Shown here: piece by piece, positions 35,426-47,179 of the stretch | How positions within the stretch are numbered: position 1 is the first letter of the stretch | Layout: the number at the start of each line of letters is the position of its first letter | Source: Chiloscyllium plagiosum | Taxonomy: Eukaryota | Assembly: GCF_004010195.1 (NCBI RefSeq) | Contig: NC_057720.1 | Coordinates: 20,885,677-20,945,558, forward strand | Direction: 5' to 3' | Length of the DNA: 59,882 nucleotides | Position numbers and translations under genes: made by a program | Notes under the pieces: generated by a model | Databases searched by the model: none | What the model was told of the DNA's origin: nothing | The model's input: the letters and a program-made list of their open reading frames with translations, nothing else

Positions 35426-37672
35426 CAGTTTATTCTTGAGTAATAGTCGATCTCATGTAAAAGTCAAACCCCTATTCTGGAATTTTCCATATATCTCATG
35501 TAAAAGCCAACCTTAGTTCTTCACAGAAAAGGGGTGGCATGGTGGCTCAGTGGTTAGCATTGCTGCCCCAGAGAACCAGGTTCAATTCCACCCTTGGGTG
35601 ACTGGCTGTGTGGAGTTTGCACATTCTCCCTGTATCTGCTTGGCTTTCCTCCCACAGTCCAAAGATGTGCAGGTTAGGTGGACTGGCTGTGCTAAATTAC
35701 CCATAGTGTCCAGGGCTGTGTAGGCTAGGTGGATTAGCCTTGGGAGGTGTAGGGTTACAGGAATAGGGTGGGATGCTCTTTAGAAGTTTGGTATGGGCTG
35801 AATGGCCTGTTTCCACACTGTAGGGATTCTATGAGATAACAGATCAACATTCGTGAGTAAAGGTATTATCCTCTACATAAATGTTATGATGAGGAAATGA
35901 ATATTTTATTCTTGCTATTATGTGATTTGCTGTACAATTCACACCAGTTCAGTGTGAAAGATTCCAACTTCAAGTATACAGTCATATACCTAGTTGAGGT
36001 TTTGAAATTTCTTCATTATTTTGTGTAAAAATGCCCTCCAGAAAAAAACAAAAAATATACAGTAAAGTTTAAGCTGAGAGATATTGAAGTTGCAGAGAAG
36101 ACAAATATCTCTATAGCAACAAGAGAATTTTGTGTTTCGGAGAAACTTGTGAGAGACTGGAGGGAGATACTGAACCAACTGCAGACAATGCTAAAATGAA
36201 AGTGTGCCAGCAGGGACAAACCTAGCAAGTGGCCACAATTGGAAAAAAAAGTTGACGAGTGGGTACTTGAAAATCATCAAAATGGAAAATGTGTTAGTCG
36301 TGAAGTCGTTCAAATTCATGCACGAAATGAATCAAAGGATGGAATTTCGGATTTTAAGCCAGGTGCTGGATAATGCACAAGGTTCATGAGTAAGCATGAC
36401 ATCGTACTTGGGCAGAGAACTAAGATTGAATAAAAGTTACCTGCTGAACTAGAAGATAAGGTATTACGGCTTCACCAGTTTGTTATCAGAAATTGGCAGA
36501 AGGAAGGCTACAAGTTATCTGCATTGGCAACATGGAGGAAATGTCTATTGCTCTCAACATGCTAGAGAATCGGACTGTGAACCAAAGAGGAGAGAAAACA
36601 GTATTGGTGAGAATGAACGGCCCTGAGAAAAGTAGGTTTACTTTAATTCTTTCTTGAATGGCTGGTAGCACTAAATTAAACCAATGGCTGTTTTTAAGGT
36701 AAAAACTTTGTCAAAGGAGAAATTTTCAAAAAGGAATTGACTTCCATGTGCATCGACAAGGCTGGATGGATGAAGGTGGATGTAGAAAATAGATAAAGGA
36801 AGTTTGGAATTTACAACCTGGTGGACTATGCAAGGAAAATAATTTGCTCATCTCGGATCAGTTTAAATAAATCTAGTGAAGGATGTTGTTGATAACATTC
36901 GATCACATAACACTAAAGTGACTGTAATTCATGGTGGACTTACAAATGTTTTGCAACCAATCGATGTTGATATCAATAGGCCATTTAAGGACATGATGAA
37001 GAGGAAGTGGAATAACCGGATGCGTGATGGAGAAAAAACAAATACAAAAGGAGGCAGAATGTGGGCTCCATTACTGTCACTGATCTCTGACTGGATCGTT
37101 GATTCATGGAAGGAAACAAAAGCTGACACTATTGTCAGATCATTCAAAAAATGTGGAATTTTGAATGCATTGGATGGTACAGAGGACGACTATCTATGGG
37201 ATCATAGAGATTAATAAGAAACAGATGCTGTATTACAACTAACTGTGGACAGAAAAGGTTCAGAGGATCCATACGACAACGTCATTCATCCTGATGGTTA
37301 TGAAGCTTCATTCGGTGTTGAAGATGTTGAAGAGTGTGGTTTTACAGGATTTTAATTAACGTTTGTAGTTGACATGTTTAAGATGTAACATGTCCTGGTA
37401 ATTGTGATTTAAAGAAATATTATATCTCTACCTCAATATTTGTATGTGTAAATAAAAGCTTGCTACCGTTAATTCATTTTTGTTTCTATTGTCTTTATCC
37501 AGTAATTTGTTGCTTTTTTTTCCTTTATTCGTTTAGAGATCAATTGGGCTTCTACTAATGTTATGTTGGACTGTAGCATGAATTTCAGCCCCTCAAAAGT
37601 AGTATCTGCATACTAGTCAACCCCATAAATTTAACTTTAAAAAGTAGTCTGAATAATTCCAGTATATATGGT
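35426..37672 (+). mobile_element. Decayed pogo-superfamily DNA transposon (POGK/Passer-like); transposase pseudogene ~36031-37350
   Basis: From ATG 36031: KYTVKFKLRDIEVAEK..EFCVSEKLVRDWR (Brinker-like DBD), KWPQLEKKVDEWV (CENP-B HTH), IGNMEE, GWMDE, IHGGLTNVLQPIDVDINRPFK..SFKKCGILNALDGTEDD (DDE_1); many stops/frameshifts. 3' end AGTATATATGG resembles a pogo TIR; the 5' boundary is tentative. Confidence 0.85.
35531..35831 (+). mobile_element. HE1-type V-SINE upstream of the pogo transposase
   Basis: tRNA head, V-domain and tail. Confidence 0.88.
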
Positions 37673-38084
37673 TATAACAATATATTCAACCAAGCAATTA
37701 TTACATGTTGCTGCTGGATTCTTTCTTTTCTCTTCATTAAGTTTTAATATTGTAAATATTCTAAATCACGTCCCAAGTCATGATCTGGGGAAGCTCTTCT
37801 GGCATCACTTGCCTATGCAAGCATTTATTATTTCACAGGGCAGTGGGACTCATTTAGTTTGAACGGATGTCTATTTACAAAAAAAAATTACAGGGCTGTC
37901 TGAAGCTTACCAGGTTTTGGCTCAGTATCAGTTTAACCCAGTTTCGTGGAATGGTTTCCTTTGCGAGACAGGCTGTCTGTGGAGTCAGCACTTACCCAGG
38001 TAAGCAAAGTCTGGTATCATAGTCTCCATTGCCAGAACCTCCAGGCCCCGATAACAGAGCTCCAGTTTCCTCTTGTCTGTCATT

Positions 38085-39000
38085 GTATCATAGAATCTCT
38101 ACAGAGTGAAAGCAGGCCTTACCGACCCTCTAAAGAGCATCCCACCCAGACCCACCTTCAGTTTGGTGAGTGGCTTGCAGGGGAACTTGTAGGTGATGGT
38201 GTTTCAATATACCTGCTGCCCCTATCCTTTCAGGAGGAAGTGGCCATGGATTTGGAAGGCGCTGTCTAAACAGCATTGGTGAATTTCTCCAAGTATCTTG
38301 TAGGTGGTACACATTACTGCCACTGAGTGTCTGTGGCGGAGAGAGTGGATGTTTGTGACTGTGATGCCAATCATATGACCTGCTTTGAGGTAATCAAGCT
38401 TCTTTAGCATTATTGGAGCTTCACTCATCCACTCATCCATCACTTGAGCCTTGTAAATGGTGGACAGGCTTTGGGGAGTCAGAAAGTGAGTTACTCGCTG
38501 TAGGAGTCTCTGCCTTTGACTTGCTCTTTAGCCACTCCATTTATAAGGCTAATCCAGTTAGTTCCTGGTCAACGGTAATCCCCAGTATGTTGAATCCTTT
38601 GGCTTTAGTGATGGTGACGCTATTGGTTACGTTGTCTCTTATGGTCCTTGCTGTTCACTCTGTACTTTTCAGCTCAAGTCTGGATATTGTGCAAGTCGTG
38701 CTGCATTAGACAGGGACTGCTTCAGTATCTGAGGAGTAGTGAACAGTAGTGAACATTGTGCAGTCATCAGTGAAAATCACCACTTTGGACCTTATGATAG
38801 AGTGAAAGTCATTGATGAAGCAGCTGAAGATAGTTGGACCCAGGAATACTATCCTGAAAAGCTCTGCAGAGATGTCCTGGAGCTGAGATGACTGACTTCC
38901 AACAACCACAACTGTCTTCCTATGTCGATGTATAACTCCAGTGGACATGTTCCCCTGCCACGATTCCAATTTGGTCCAGTTTTGCTTGGGCTTCTTGACG
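38085..39000 (-). mobile_element. Old CR1-clade LINE RT/3' fragment
   Basis: VVVVGSQSSQLQDISAE..LGPTIFSCFINDFHSIIRSKVVIFTDDCTMF. Confidence 0.8.
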
Positions 39001-41009
39001 AGTCACACTTGAGCTAGAGGGAGGCTATTCAGTAAAGAAGACCTCACCCTAAAAGACAGTCTAACTTTGCAAGTTACCAGACTGCAAAAGAAAGGAATAG
39101 GAAAAAAAAACACTTAAGAGCTAAGAATCATTTTGAATTGATTCTGGTAACATTGAATGTTTATGTTAAGAACAATGTAAAGTATAATTGTGAAGTGTAT
39201 TTGAACAGCTAAGAATAAGAAGAGTCACTCCATTATAGAGTGTAAAATATAATTTCTCTGCATTAATCGTGTTTAGTTAACAGTGTTTGCTATAATTTAT
39301 TAACGTAAACATGGAACTATATTTCATGATTTAATATCATTCTTTTGGCTATTAACTGGAAATTCTAAATTTCTTTTGTTTTTAAAGTTATTCGTCTCTA
39401 TGGGGAACATAACAAATGCTTTTACAAATTATGTAACCTGTTGATGATGCAGTTAAACATTGACTAGTTTGTGCATCTGAAAGGAAGAGCAACATTATGT
39501 TTGTGAGCAAAAAAGTATAGAATTTGAAACAGGAGGCATAAAAATCACTGTGCATGAAGATTTGACATTTATTAATCAGAAATGTTAATTTTGCTGTCAC
39601 TTTATATATAAGTATGTCAAATAAACAGTGATAATAGTGAAAAAGTATATGTGCTTAATAGCTTCATGGCAATCATGCAATGGTATACCCAAAGCTATTT
39701 ATATCCTGTACATGTAATCTGCTTCTGTTCAACTCCAGATTCAAATCTATAAATAAGTAAGGGGCCATATTTCAGGAAATGTTATTGATTCGATGTTACA
39801 CTCCTATACTTATATTCGTCCAATTTCTGAAACGTAAGGGTACATAATAAATATTAATAGAACTTCAACTTGGGTTGTGCATAGATCAAGCAACAGGTTG
39901 AGACAAAACATAATTAATGGCAATTGATTGTGCCAAGTGATGCTACTCAAAAACATGTAACTCATTTGTGCTCTTAGATTTTTGATTGACAAAAGAATCA
40001 AGGGTAAACAGGAAAGCAGAGCTGTGGTTACAATGAGATAAGCTATGGTCATATTAAGTGGCAACCCAGGCTTGAGAATTCAAATGGCTGACTCCTGCTG
40101 TTAATTCTTATGCTGAACAGGCTTTAAAGGGAATGAAGCATTGCTGCATTATAGGATATAATGAGTCATTGGAAACACAGCACACAGGCCCTATACTGAG
40201 TCCCATAATGTGTGTTGCTATGATTAGCAAATATTTATTCCCAATGTATTCCCAAAATCTGTAAACCAGAATTCAAAAATTGTTGAATGTTTGTGCAACA
40301 TTTTATAACTTGCTAAACCTTAAAGAAACATTTAGGAATTTTAATTCATAAAATGACACAAGTTTAACAATAAGACGTAATGCTGTCTTCTAGCTGGGAA
40401 GCTGCCCTGCTTGGTCACAAAGGAGGTCAAAGAGCAACAGACACAGAACAGCTTTCTATTCCCTTGAAGTCTCTATGAGAAGTCAAGGACTTTGACGGTC
40501 CCTGCCCAGTGATGCATTTTTCAGTACAGCAGTGAGTTGCCATCTGATGTGCCATGGATCTGCCAGGGTGAAGACAGAAAACATCTGGCACTCTCCTTTC
40601 CTGGAGCATTAATAGCCAGCAAATGAGCAGATATTAGAAGGGTGGTGGGCTATATCTCTAGTCTGTGGCAGATCTCCTATTGCTACCACAATGGTGCAGT
40701 AGGCTAGTACTTCTATCACCATCTGTTCATGTGGGGTTAGAGAGGGGAGGCTTGGTCTCACTCCCCACCCCATCTACACCACTGCACCTTGCACTCACTT
40801 GGAATGTCTTCATGTTCAACCAAGTCAAGGGAAAAGATTGGACTTGTTCTTCAGTTTAAAGGAGTTAGCTACCATGCATTTAGCAGGGCTGAGAGGTGCT
40901 GTTCAATATGTTACTCATCAGATTTTTCCAAATGAGTATAATGGAAGGTTTCAGCATTCGTGTTATCAAGCAGTACCTGCTCACTGAAGGCCCATTTTGT
41001 GTTCTACCA

Positions 41010-42027
41010 GGGTCCCTCAGCTCCTGACCTCATTACAGCCTTCGTTCAAACATGGTCAAAAGAGCTAAATTCCAGATGTGAGGTGGGAGTGACTGTCATC
41101 AAAATTGCATTTGACTGAGTGTGGATCAAGGAGACTTAGCAAAACTGGAATCAATGGAAATCAGGGGAAATGTTTCCATAGATTGGAGTCATACCTGGCA
41201 CATAGAAAGATGGTTGTGAGTTTTGGAGGTCAGTCATCTCAGCTCGAGGACATCTCTGCAGGAATTCCTCAGGGTAGTGTCCTCGGCCCAACTGTCTTCA
41301 GCTGCTTCATCAATGACCTTCTCTTCATCATAAGGTCAAGAGTAGAGCTAATTATTCCACAATGTTCAGCACCATTCATAACTCCTCAGGTACTGAAGCA
41401 GTCCAAATCCAAATGCAGCAAAATCTTGACAATATCCAGGCTTGTGCTGAAAACTGGCAAGCCATGCCACACTAATGTCTGGCAATGACCATCCCCAGTA
41501 AGACATCCTCAAACTATTGCCCCTTGACATCCAATGGTGTTACAATCACTGAATTCCCCAATATCAACAACCAAGCAGTTACCATTGATCATTGAAATAC
41601 AGTGGCTACAATAATAGATCAGAGGTTAAGAATCCTGCAATGGGTAACTCACCTCCTGACTCATCAAAATCTGTTCACTATCTACAAGTGAGGAGGGTGT
41701 GATGGAATACAAAGATCTTTAGACTCCAAACTCCCAACTACCACCATTAGAAGGATAAGGACAGCAGATATATGGTAACATCATCACCTGCAAGGTCCTC
41801 CCCAGGCGACTCACCATCCTGACGTGGAAATATATCTCTGTTGCTTTACTGTTGTTGGGTCAAATTCCTGTAGTTACCTTGCTAAAAGCATTGTGGGTTT
41901 ACCTACAACACATGGACTGCAGCATTCAAGAAGATAGCTCACCACCATCTTCTCAAGGGCAACTAGGGACAGGCAATAAATGCTGGCCTAGCCAGCAATG
42001 TCTATGTCCCATCAGTGAATAAAAAAC
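41010..42027 (+). mobile_element. Old CR1-clade LINE RT to 3' end
   Basis: LESYLAHRKMVV..DISAGIPQGSVLGPTVFSCFINDL; 3' end GGCAATAAATGCTGGCCTAGCCAGC..GAATAAAAAA. Confidence 0.85.
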
Positions 42028-42540
42028 ATTTGTTTAACTCCCCATGAGTGTGGTCTTTTTAATCTGAGTGCAAACCTCCACATGCATTACCACACAGTGA
42101 AGCCAAGAGTCTTTTAAACTCCTATTTTTTATTCTCTGCTAGATTCAGGCAGTCTCAAAATCTCAATATTCTAGGAAAGCCAATAATCAGATCTTCAGAA
42201 TGATTTCCTCTGCATCCTTCCCCTTGTGAACGTGAATCCCATGTGCCCATACCCCATCATAAAATTGGGAATTAGCTATCCATCAATGTCAAGCTGCCTT
42301 TCATCTTGGAAATAAATAATCAGTTTAAAGTGCAACAGTTTACAATCTGACCTTGTCAACTCTTCTCTGGGACTCAGAGACTCCTGTCTTGACTGTTAGC
42401 ACATGGCCTACTGCAATTGCCTCCAAACAATTGCCCCTCATTCTGATAAAGCAATATGAACGTTCCTTTTATCTTTAGCACTTGGAAAAGTACAAGCCTT
42501 TGCATCCAGAACAATCTCAACTCGACCAACAATTGAATCA

Positions 42541-42670
42541 TTTCCTGATGAAGGGCTTTTGCCCGAAATGTCGATTTTCCTGCTCCTCGGATGCTGCATG
42601 ACCTGCTGTGCCTTTCCAGCACCACACTCTTGACTCTAACCTCCAGCATCTGCAGAACTTACTTTCGCCT
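42541..42670 (+). mobile_element. Penelope pLTR fragment with hammerhead motif
   Basis: CTGATGA(42545)AGGGCTTTTGCCCGAAATGTC..CCAGCATCTGCAG. Confidence 0.8.
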
Positions 42671-43102
42671 CAGATCTGAGAAGCACAGCAGTCTGATGAA
42701 GAATATGCTCAGGTCAGAGAGTTCTGAATCAAAGGAGGCGAACATACATGCCACACAGTCCCATTCTTAGCCAGTACCTACCAAGAGTATAGTGGTTGAT
42801 TTATTCATCTATGACAGCAAGGTGGTGTTTTGAAGAGTTATGAGACCTGATAAATACAATGATTGCACCAATGACATTTTGGCATGACAAATTGTCAAGC
42901 CAAGGCAAGATTTTCCAATAGGTGGCTTGGTGTTTTAAAGCCACTGGAAGAGATGATGTTATATTACTTCGTCAATTTATCTCAGATGGCCAGAGAATCC
43001 TTGATGCCATCTTCTTGTAGTAATGTCTTAGTATGGACCTTATTGAACCTGGAGGTAAGATGTTGTGGATGAGAGTAGACAATGATACCAGACAGGAAAC
43101 TG

Positions 43103-45211
43103 GCAGCAAAATGGAGGCAGAGTAGGATGCTCAAGCTGCAGCTCCTCTGCTCTACCTGTTCTTCATCTATCGTTTTCCCTCTTTTTTCCTTTCCCTCTCC
43201 CCTTAGCCCCAGAGGTGAATCCTAGAGCAGCAGCAGGTAGCCGATATCCCCAAAATACAGCATAGGGAGAGAGCCCCGGAGTAGCGCACAGGTATCGGGC
43301 CCCTGGAATAGGGTGTGGGCGGAAGCCCCTGGAATAGGGTGTGGGTGATGGGCCCCTGGAACAGGGTGTGGGCAGCGAGCACTTGGAACAGGGTGTGGGC
43401 AGAGGGGCCCTGGAACAGGGTGTGGGCAGCGAGCACTTGGAACAGGGTGTGGGCAGTGTGCCCCGGAACAGGATGTGAGCGATGGGCCCTGGAACAGGGT
43501 ATGGGCAGCGAGCCCCTGGAACAGGGTGTGGACAGAGGGCCCCTGGAACAGGGTGTGGGCAGAGGGGCCCTGGAACAGGGTGTGAGCAGTGGGCCCCTGG
43601 AACAGGGTGTAGGCAGTGGGCCCCTGGAACAGGGTGTGGGCAGCGGGCCCCTGGAACAGGTGTGAGCAGCGGGCCCCTGCAACAGGGTGTGGGCAGAGAG
43701 CCCCTGGAACAGGGTGTGGGCAGTGGGCCCCTGGAACAGGGTGTAGGCAGTGGGGCCCTGGAACAGGCTGTGAGCAGTGGGCCCCAGGAAGAGGTGTGAG
43801 CAGCGGGCCCCTGGAACAGGGTGTGAGCAGTGGGCCCCTGGAACAGGTGTGAGCAGCGGGCCCCTGCAACAGGGTGTGGGCAGAGAGCCCCGGAACAGGG
43901 TGTGGGCAGAGGGCCCCTGGAACAGGGTGTGGGTGATGGGCCCCTGGAACAGGGTGTGAGCAGTTGGCCCCTGGAACAGGGTGTAGGCTGTGGGCCCCTG
44001 GAACAGGGTGTGAGCAGTGGACCCCTGGAACAGGGTGTGAGCAGAGGGCCCCTGGAACAGGGTGTGAGCAGCGAGCCCCTGGAACAGGGTGTGGGCGACG
44101 GGCCCCTGGAACAGGGTGTGAGCAGAGAGCCCCTGGAACAGGGTGTGAGCAGTGGGCCCCTGGAACAGGGTGTGAGCAGTGGGCCCCTGGGACAGGGTGT
44201 GAGCAGAGGGCCCCTGGAACAGGGTGTGGGCAACGGGCCCCTGGAACAGGGTGTGGGCGACAGGCCCCTGGAACAGGTGTGGGCGACAGGCCCCTGGAAC
44301 AGATGTGAGCAGCAGGCCCCTGGAAAAGTATGGGAGCAGAGAGCCCCCTGGAATAGGGTGTGGGCGACAGACCCCTAGAACAGGGTGTGGGCAGAGGGCC
44401 CCTGGAACAGGGTGTGGACAGAGGGCCCCTGGAACAGGATGTGGGCAGCAGGCCCCTGGAAAAGTATGGGAGCAGAGGGCCCCCTGCAACAGGGTGTGGG
44501 CGACAGACCCCTGGAACAGGGTGTGGGCAGAGGGCCCCTGTAACAGGGTGTGGGTGATGGGCCCCTGGAACAGGGTGTGAGCAGCAGGCCCCTGGAACAG
44601 GGTGTGGGCAGAGGTCCCCTGAAACAGGGTGTGGGTGATGGGCCCCTGGAACAGGGTGTGGCCAGAGGGATCCTGGAACAGGGTGTGGGTGACAGTCCCC
44701 TGGAACAGGTGTGAGTAGCAAGCCCCTGGAACAGGGTATGTTCAGGGGCCCCTGGAACAGGGTGTGGACAGAGGGCCCCTGGAACAGGGTGTAAGCAGCA
44801 GGCCCCTGGAACAGTACTAGAGGAACACGTCCCAGAACAGCACACGAGCGATTCCCAGGCAGAGACTGGTATGGGGGAGGCAGTCCTGGACCTTACCTTG
44901 GAGCAGCTGAGTGCCAATACAGAGCGGGGATGGCTGTTTGCACTGGGGTCTGGCGTGGGCAGTTAGACCACGTGCGAAGGTTCTATGCTGAGCTGCTGTA
45001 AAGTTTATTTGAAATTTTTTACCTTACTGTAATGTCAATCCTTTAACGTAGTCTTATTTCTAACTTATTTTTTAAACTTTTTATTCCTCTGTTGTATCCA
45101 AGATTTGTACCGAGGCACTTGTACCTGAGATGTGCCATAAGAGGCAGCCCGTGTAAAAGCTTTTCACTGTAACACACATGGAATAAAGGATATTCTAACC
45201 TATTCTATTCT
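43103..45211 (+). mobile_element. VNTR-containing non-autonomous retroposon with Rex1/Babar-like 3' tail
   Basis: 5' GCAGCAAAATGGAGGC + pyrimidine tract; central minisatellite; 3' GTACCGAGG..GTACCTGAGATGTGCC..CTTTTCACTGTA..GAATAAA + (TATTC)n; candidate TSD AACTG at 43098-43102 and 45212-45216. Confidence 0.65.
43297..44813. repeat. 27-bp G-rich minisatellite, about 55 units
   Basis: Unit CCCCTGGAACAGGGTGTG(G/A)GCAG(A/T/C)GGG; seen as the 9-aa GPLEQGVSS period in the ORF track. Confidence 0.97.
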
Positions 45212-45361
45212 AACTGTTGTTCCATAATCTAAAGCAGTAATTACATTATGTGAAGGAGACATTTGCAATACATGACAGCCCAGACTAAATTTTGGACCAT
45301 GGAGTGCAATTGCTAATTAATATTTTAAAGAGTTCACAGTATTGAATGGATTTGTCTACAT

Positions 45362-45559
45362 TTTTTTTAGATTCCCTACAGTGTGGAAATAGGCCCTTCA
45401 GCCCAACAAGTCCACGCCGACCCTCCGAAGAGTAACCCACCCAGACCCATTTCCCTCTGACTAATGCACCTAACACCATGAGCAATTTAGCATGGCCAAT
45501 TCACCTAACCTGCACATCTTTGGACTGTGGGAGGAAACCTGAGCACCTGGAGGAAACCA
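45362..45559 (-). mobile_element. 5'-truncated HE1 SINE
   Basis: Reverse-complement tail and V-domain. Confidence 0.85.
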
Positions 45560-45929
45560 GCTCATCCGAGAAACCCTGAAGCCAATAGTGATACTGATTT
45601 GAGAAGTGCATACAGTGAAAGCATTACTGAAGAACAATGATATCCTACTTGCATTTCTGAGTCATTGTTCAATTCCATTCCAAAATGGTCCAGCACCATG
45701 TGAATTGTTCATGAAAAGCCAGAAATCTCAACTCCCTACTGTCAGATGGAAGGGATGGAAATCATGATTCCTGATGCTATTTTCTGCACCTAGCCAGAGT
45801 ACAATGGGCCCCTAAAGGCCTGGGCCCCAGTTGTTGGGTGTTGATGAATCTCCCTTTCCTGTGTCCTGCTTATTCTCACACAAATACTAAAGCCACAAGT
45901 ACAAGCTGATAACTTGGAATAAAGTGAGT

Positions 45930-47165
45930 AAGATGGCTTAATGAAAGGAAGTAAAGACAATAATTATCACTCAAGAAGAAGTACTTGGGAAACCAGTGGA
46001 GCTAAATGCTTATAAGTTCCCTGGACTGGATGGGTTACGTCCTAGGATTTTAAAGGAAGCAGCTATGATGATAATGGATGCACTGTTAATAATCTTCCAA
46101 GACTCCTTTGACTCTGGAAAAGTTCCAGAGATTTGGAAAACTGCCAATGTTAACATTCTTATTCAAAAAAGGAGAGAGACAAAAAATACAGTAACTACAG
46201 TCAGTTCTGTCATTGGGAAATGTGTATTATAAGGAATACTCGAGCAGAGCATCTATAAATAGATAATTAAGCAGAGTCAGCACGGCTTCATAAAGGGGAA
46301 ACCATGCCTGGCAAATTTATTACAACTCTTTGAGGAGGCAACAAGTAGAGTTGGAAATGGGGAAGCAAGATGTAATATATTTGGATTTCGAAAAGGTGTT
46401 TGATAAGGTATTGCCCATAAGACTACTTGATAATAGCCCATAATGTTGCAGGGGTTGGGGGGAGGGGGGGGGGATGATATATTATGGATAGAGGATTGGA
46501 GAATGAATAGAAAACAAATAGTTGGGCTAAAGGAGGGGCAACTGTAACTAGTGGAGTGCCACAGGGGCCAATGCTGGGTGCACAATTATTTCCAATTTAG
46601 TGGGTGGCACGGTGGCACAGTGGTTAGCACTGCTGCCTCGCAGCGCCAGAAACCCGGGTTCAATTCCCGGCTCAGGCGGCTGACTGTGTGGAGTTTGCAC
46701 GTTCTCCCCGTGTCTGCGTAGGTTTCCTCCGGGTGCTCCGGTTTCCTCCCACAATCCAAAGATGTGCAGGTCAGGTGAATTAGCCATGCTAAATTGCCCG
46801 TAGTGTTAGGTAAGGGGCAAATGTAGGGGTATGGTTGGGTTGCTCTTCAGCAGGTCGGTGTGGACTTGTTGGGCCGAAGGGCCTGTTTCCACACTGTAGT
46901 GTAATCTAAAAAAAATCTAATATTATTGACATAGATGACAGAAATGCATTTACTATCATCATGTTTGCACGTGACACAAAAATATGTGGGAAGGCAAGTA
47001 CTGAGGGTGAAATAAAGAGATGAGAAAGAGAATGTAGTCAGGTTAACTGAGTGGACAAAATGAGGCAGACGGAACATAATGTGAGATTATACACTCTGGC
47101 AGGAAGAGTAGAAATTCTATTCTTAAAAGGAGAAAGATTGTGAAAACACAAAGGGATGCTAGGTT
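45930..47165 (+). mobile_element. Degenerate CR1 RT fragment with an HE1 SINE inserted (46601-46918)
   Basis: KFPGLDGLRPRILKEAA..SFDSGKVPEIWKTANV; QHGFIKGKPCLANL; SGVPQGPMLG. Confidence 0.85.
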
Positions 47166-47179
47166 TCTTGTGCATCAAT

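Larger units (their letters stand above)
42671..45745 (+). pseudogene. Degenerate Gypsy-type LTR retrotransposon integrase remnant, split by later insertions
   Basis: Across frameshifts: QI.EAQQSDEE.., LHQxHFGMTNCQAKARFS..W (HHCC region, ~42865-42960); after the VNTR element KAVI..KETFA.H..DHGVQ..FK.F..GFVYI; after the SINE TVKALLKNNDILLAFLS..PFQNGPAPCELFM. Confidence 0.6.

Noticed and set aside
36876..37214. Functional POGK/TIGD host gene
   Set aside because: The upstream transposase frame has multiple stops and frameshifts; no KRAB exon is seen.
43163..44917. Long ORFs (356-499 aa) on both strands
   Set aside because: They arise from the stop-poor 27-bp minisatellite; open in several frames with 9-aa periodicity and no gene structure.
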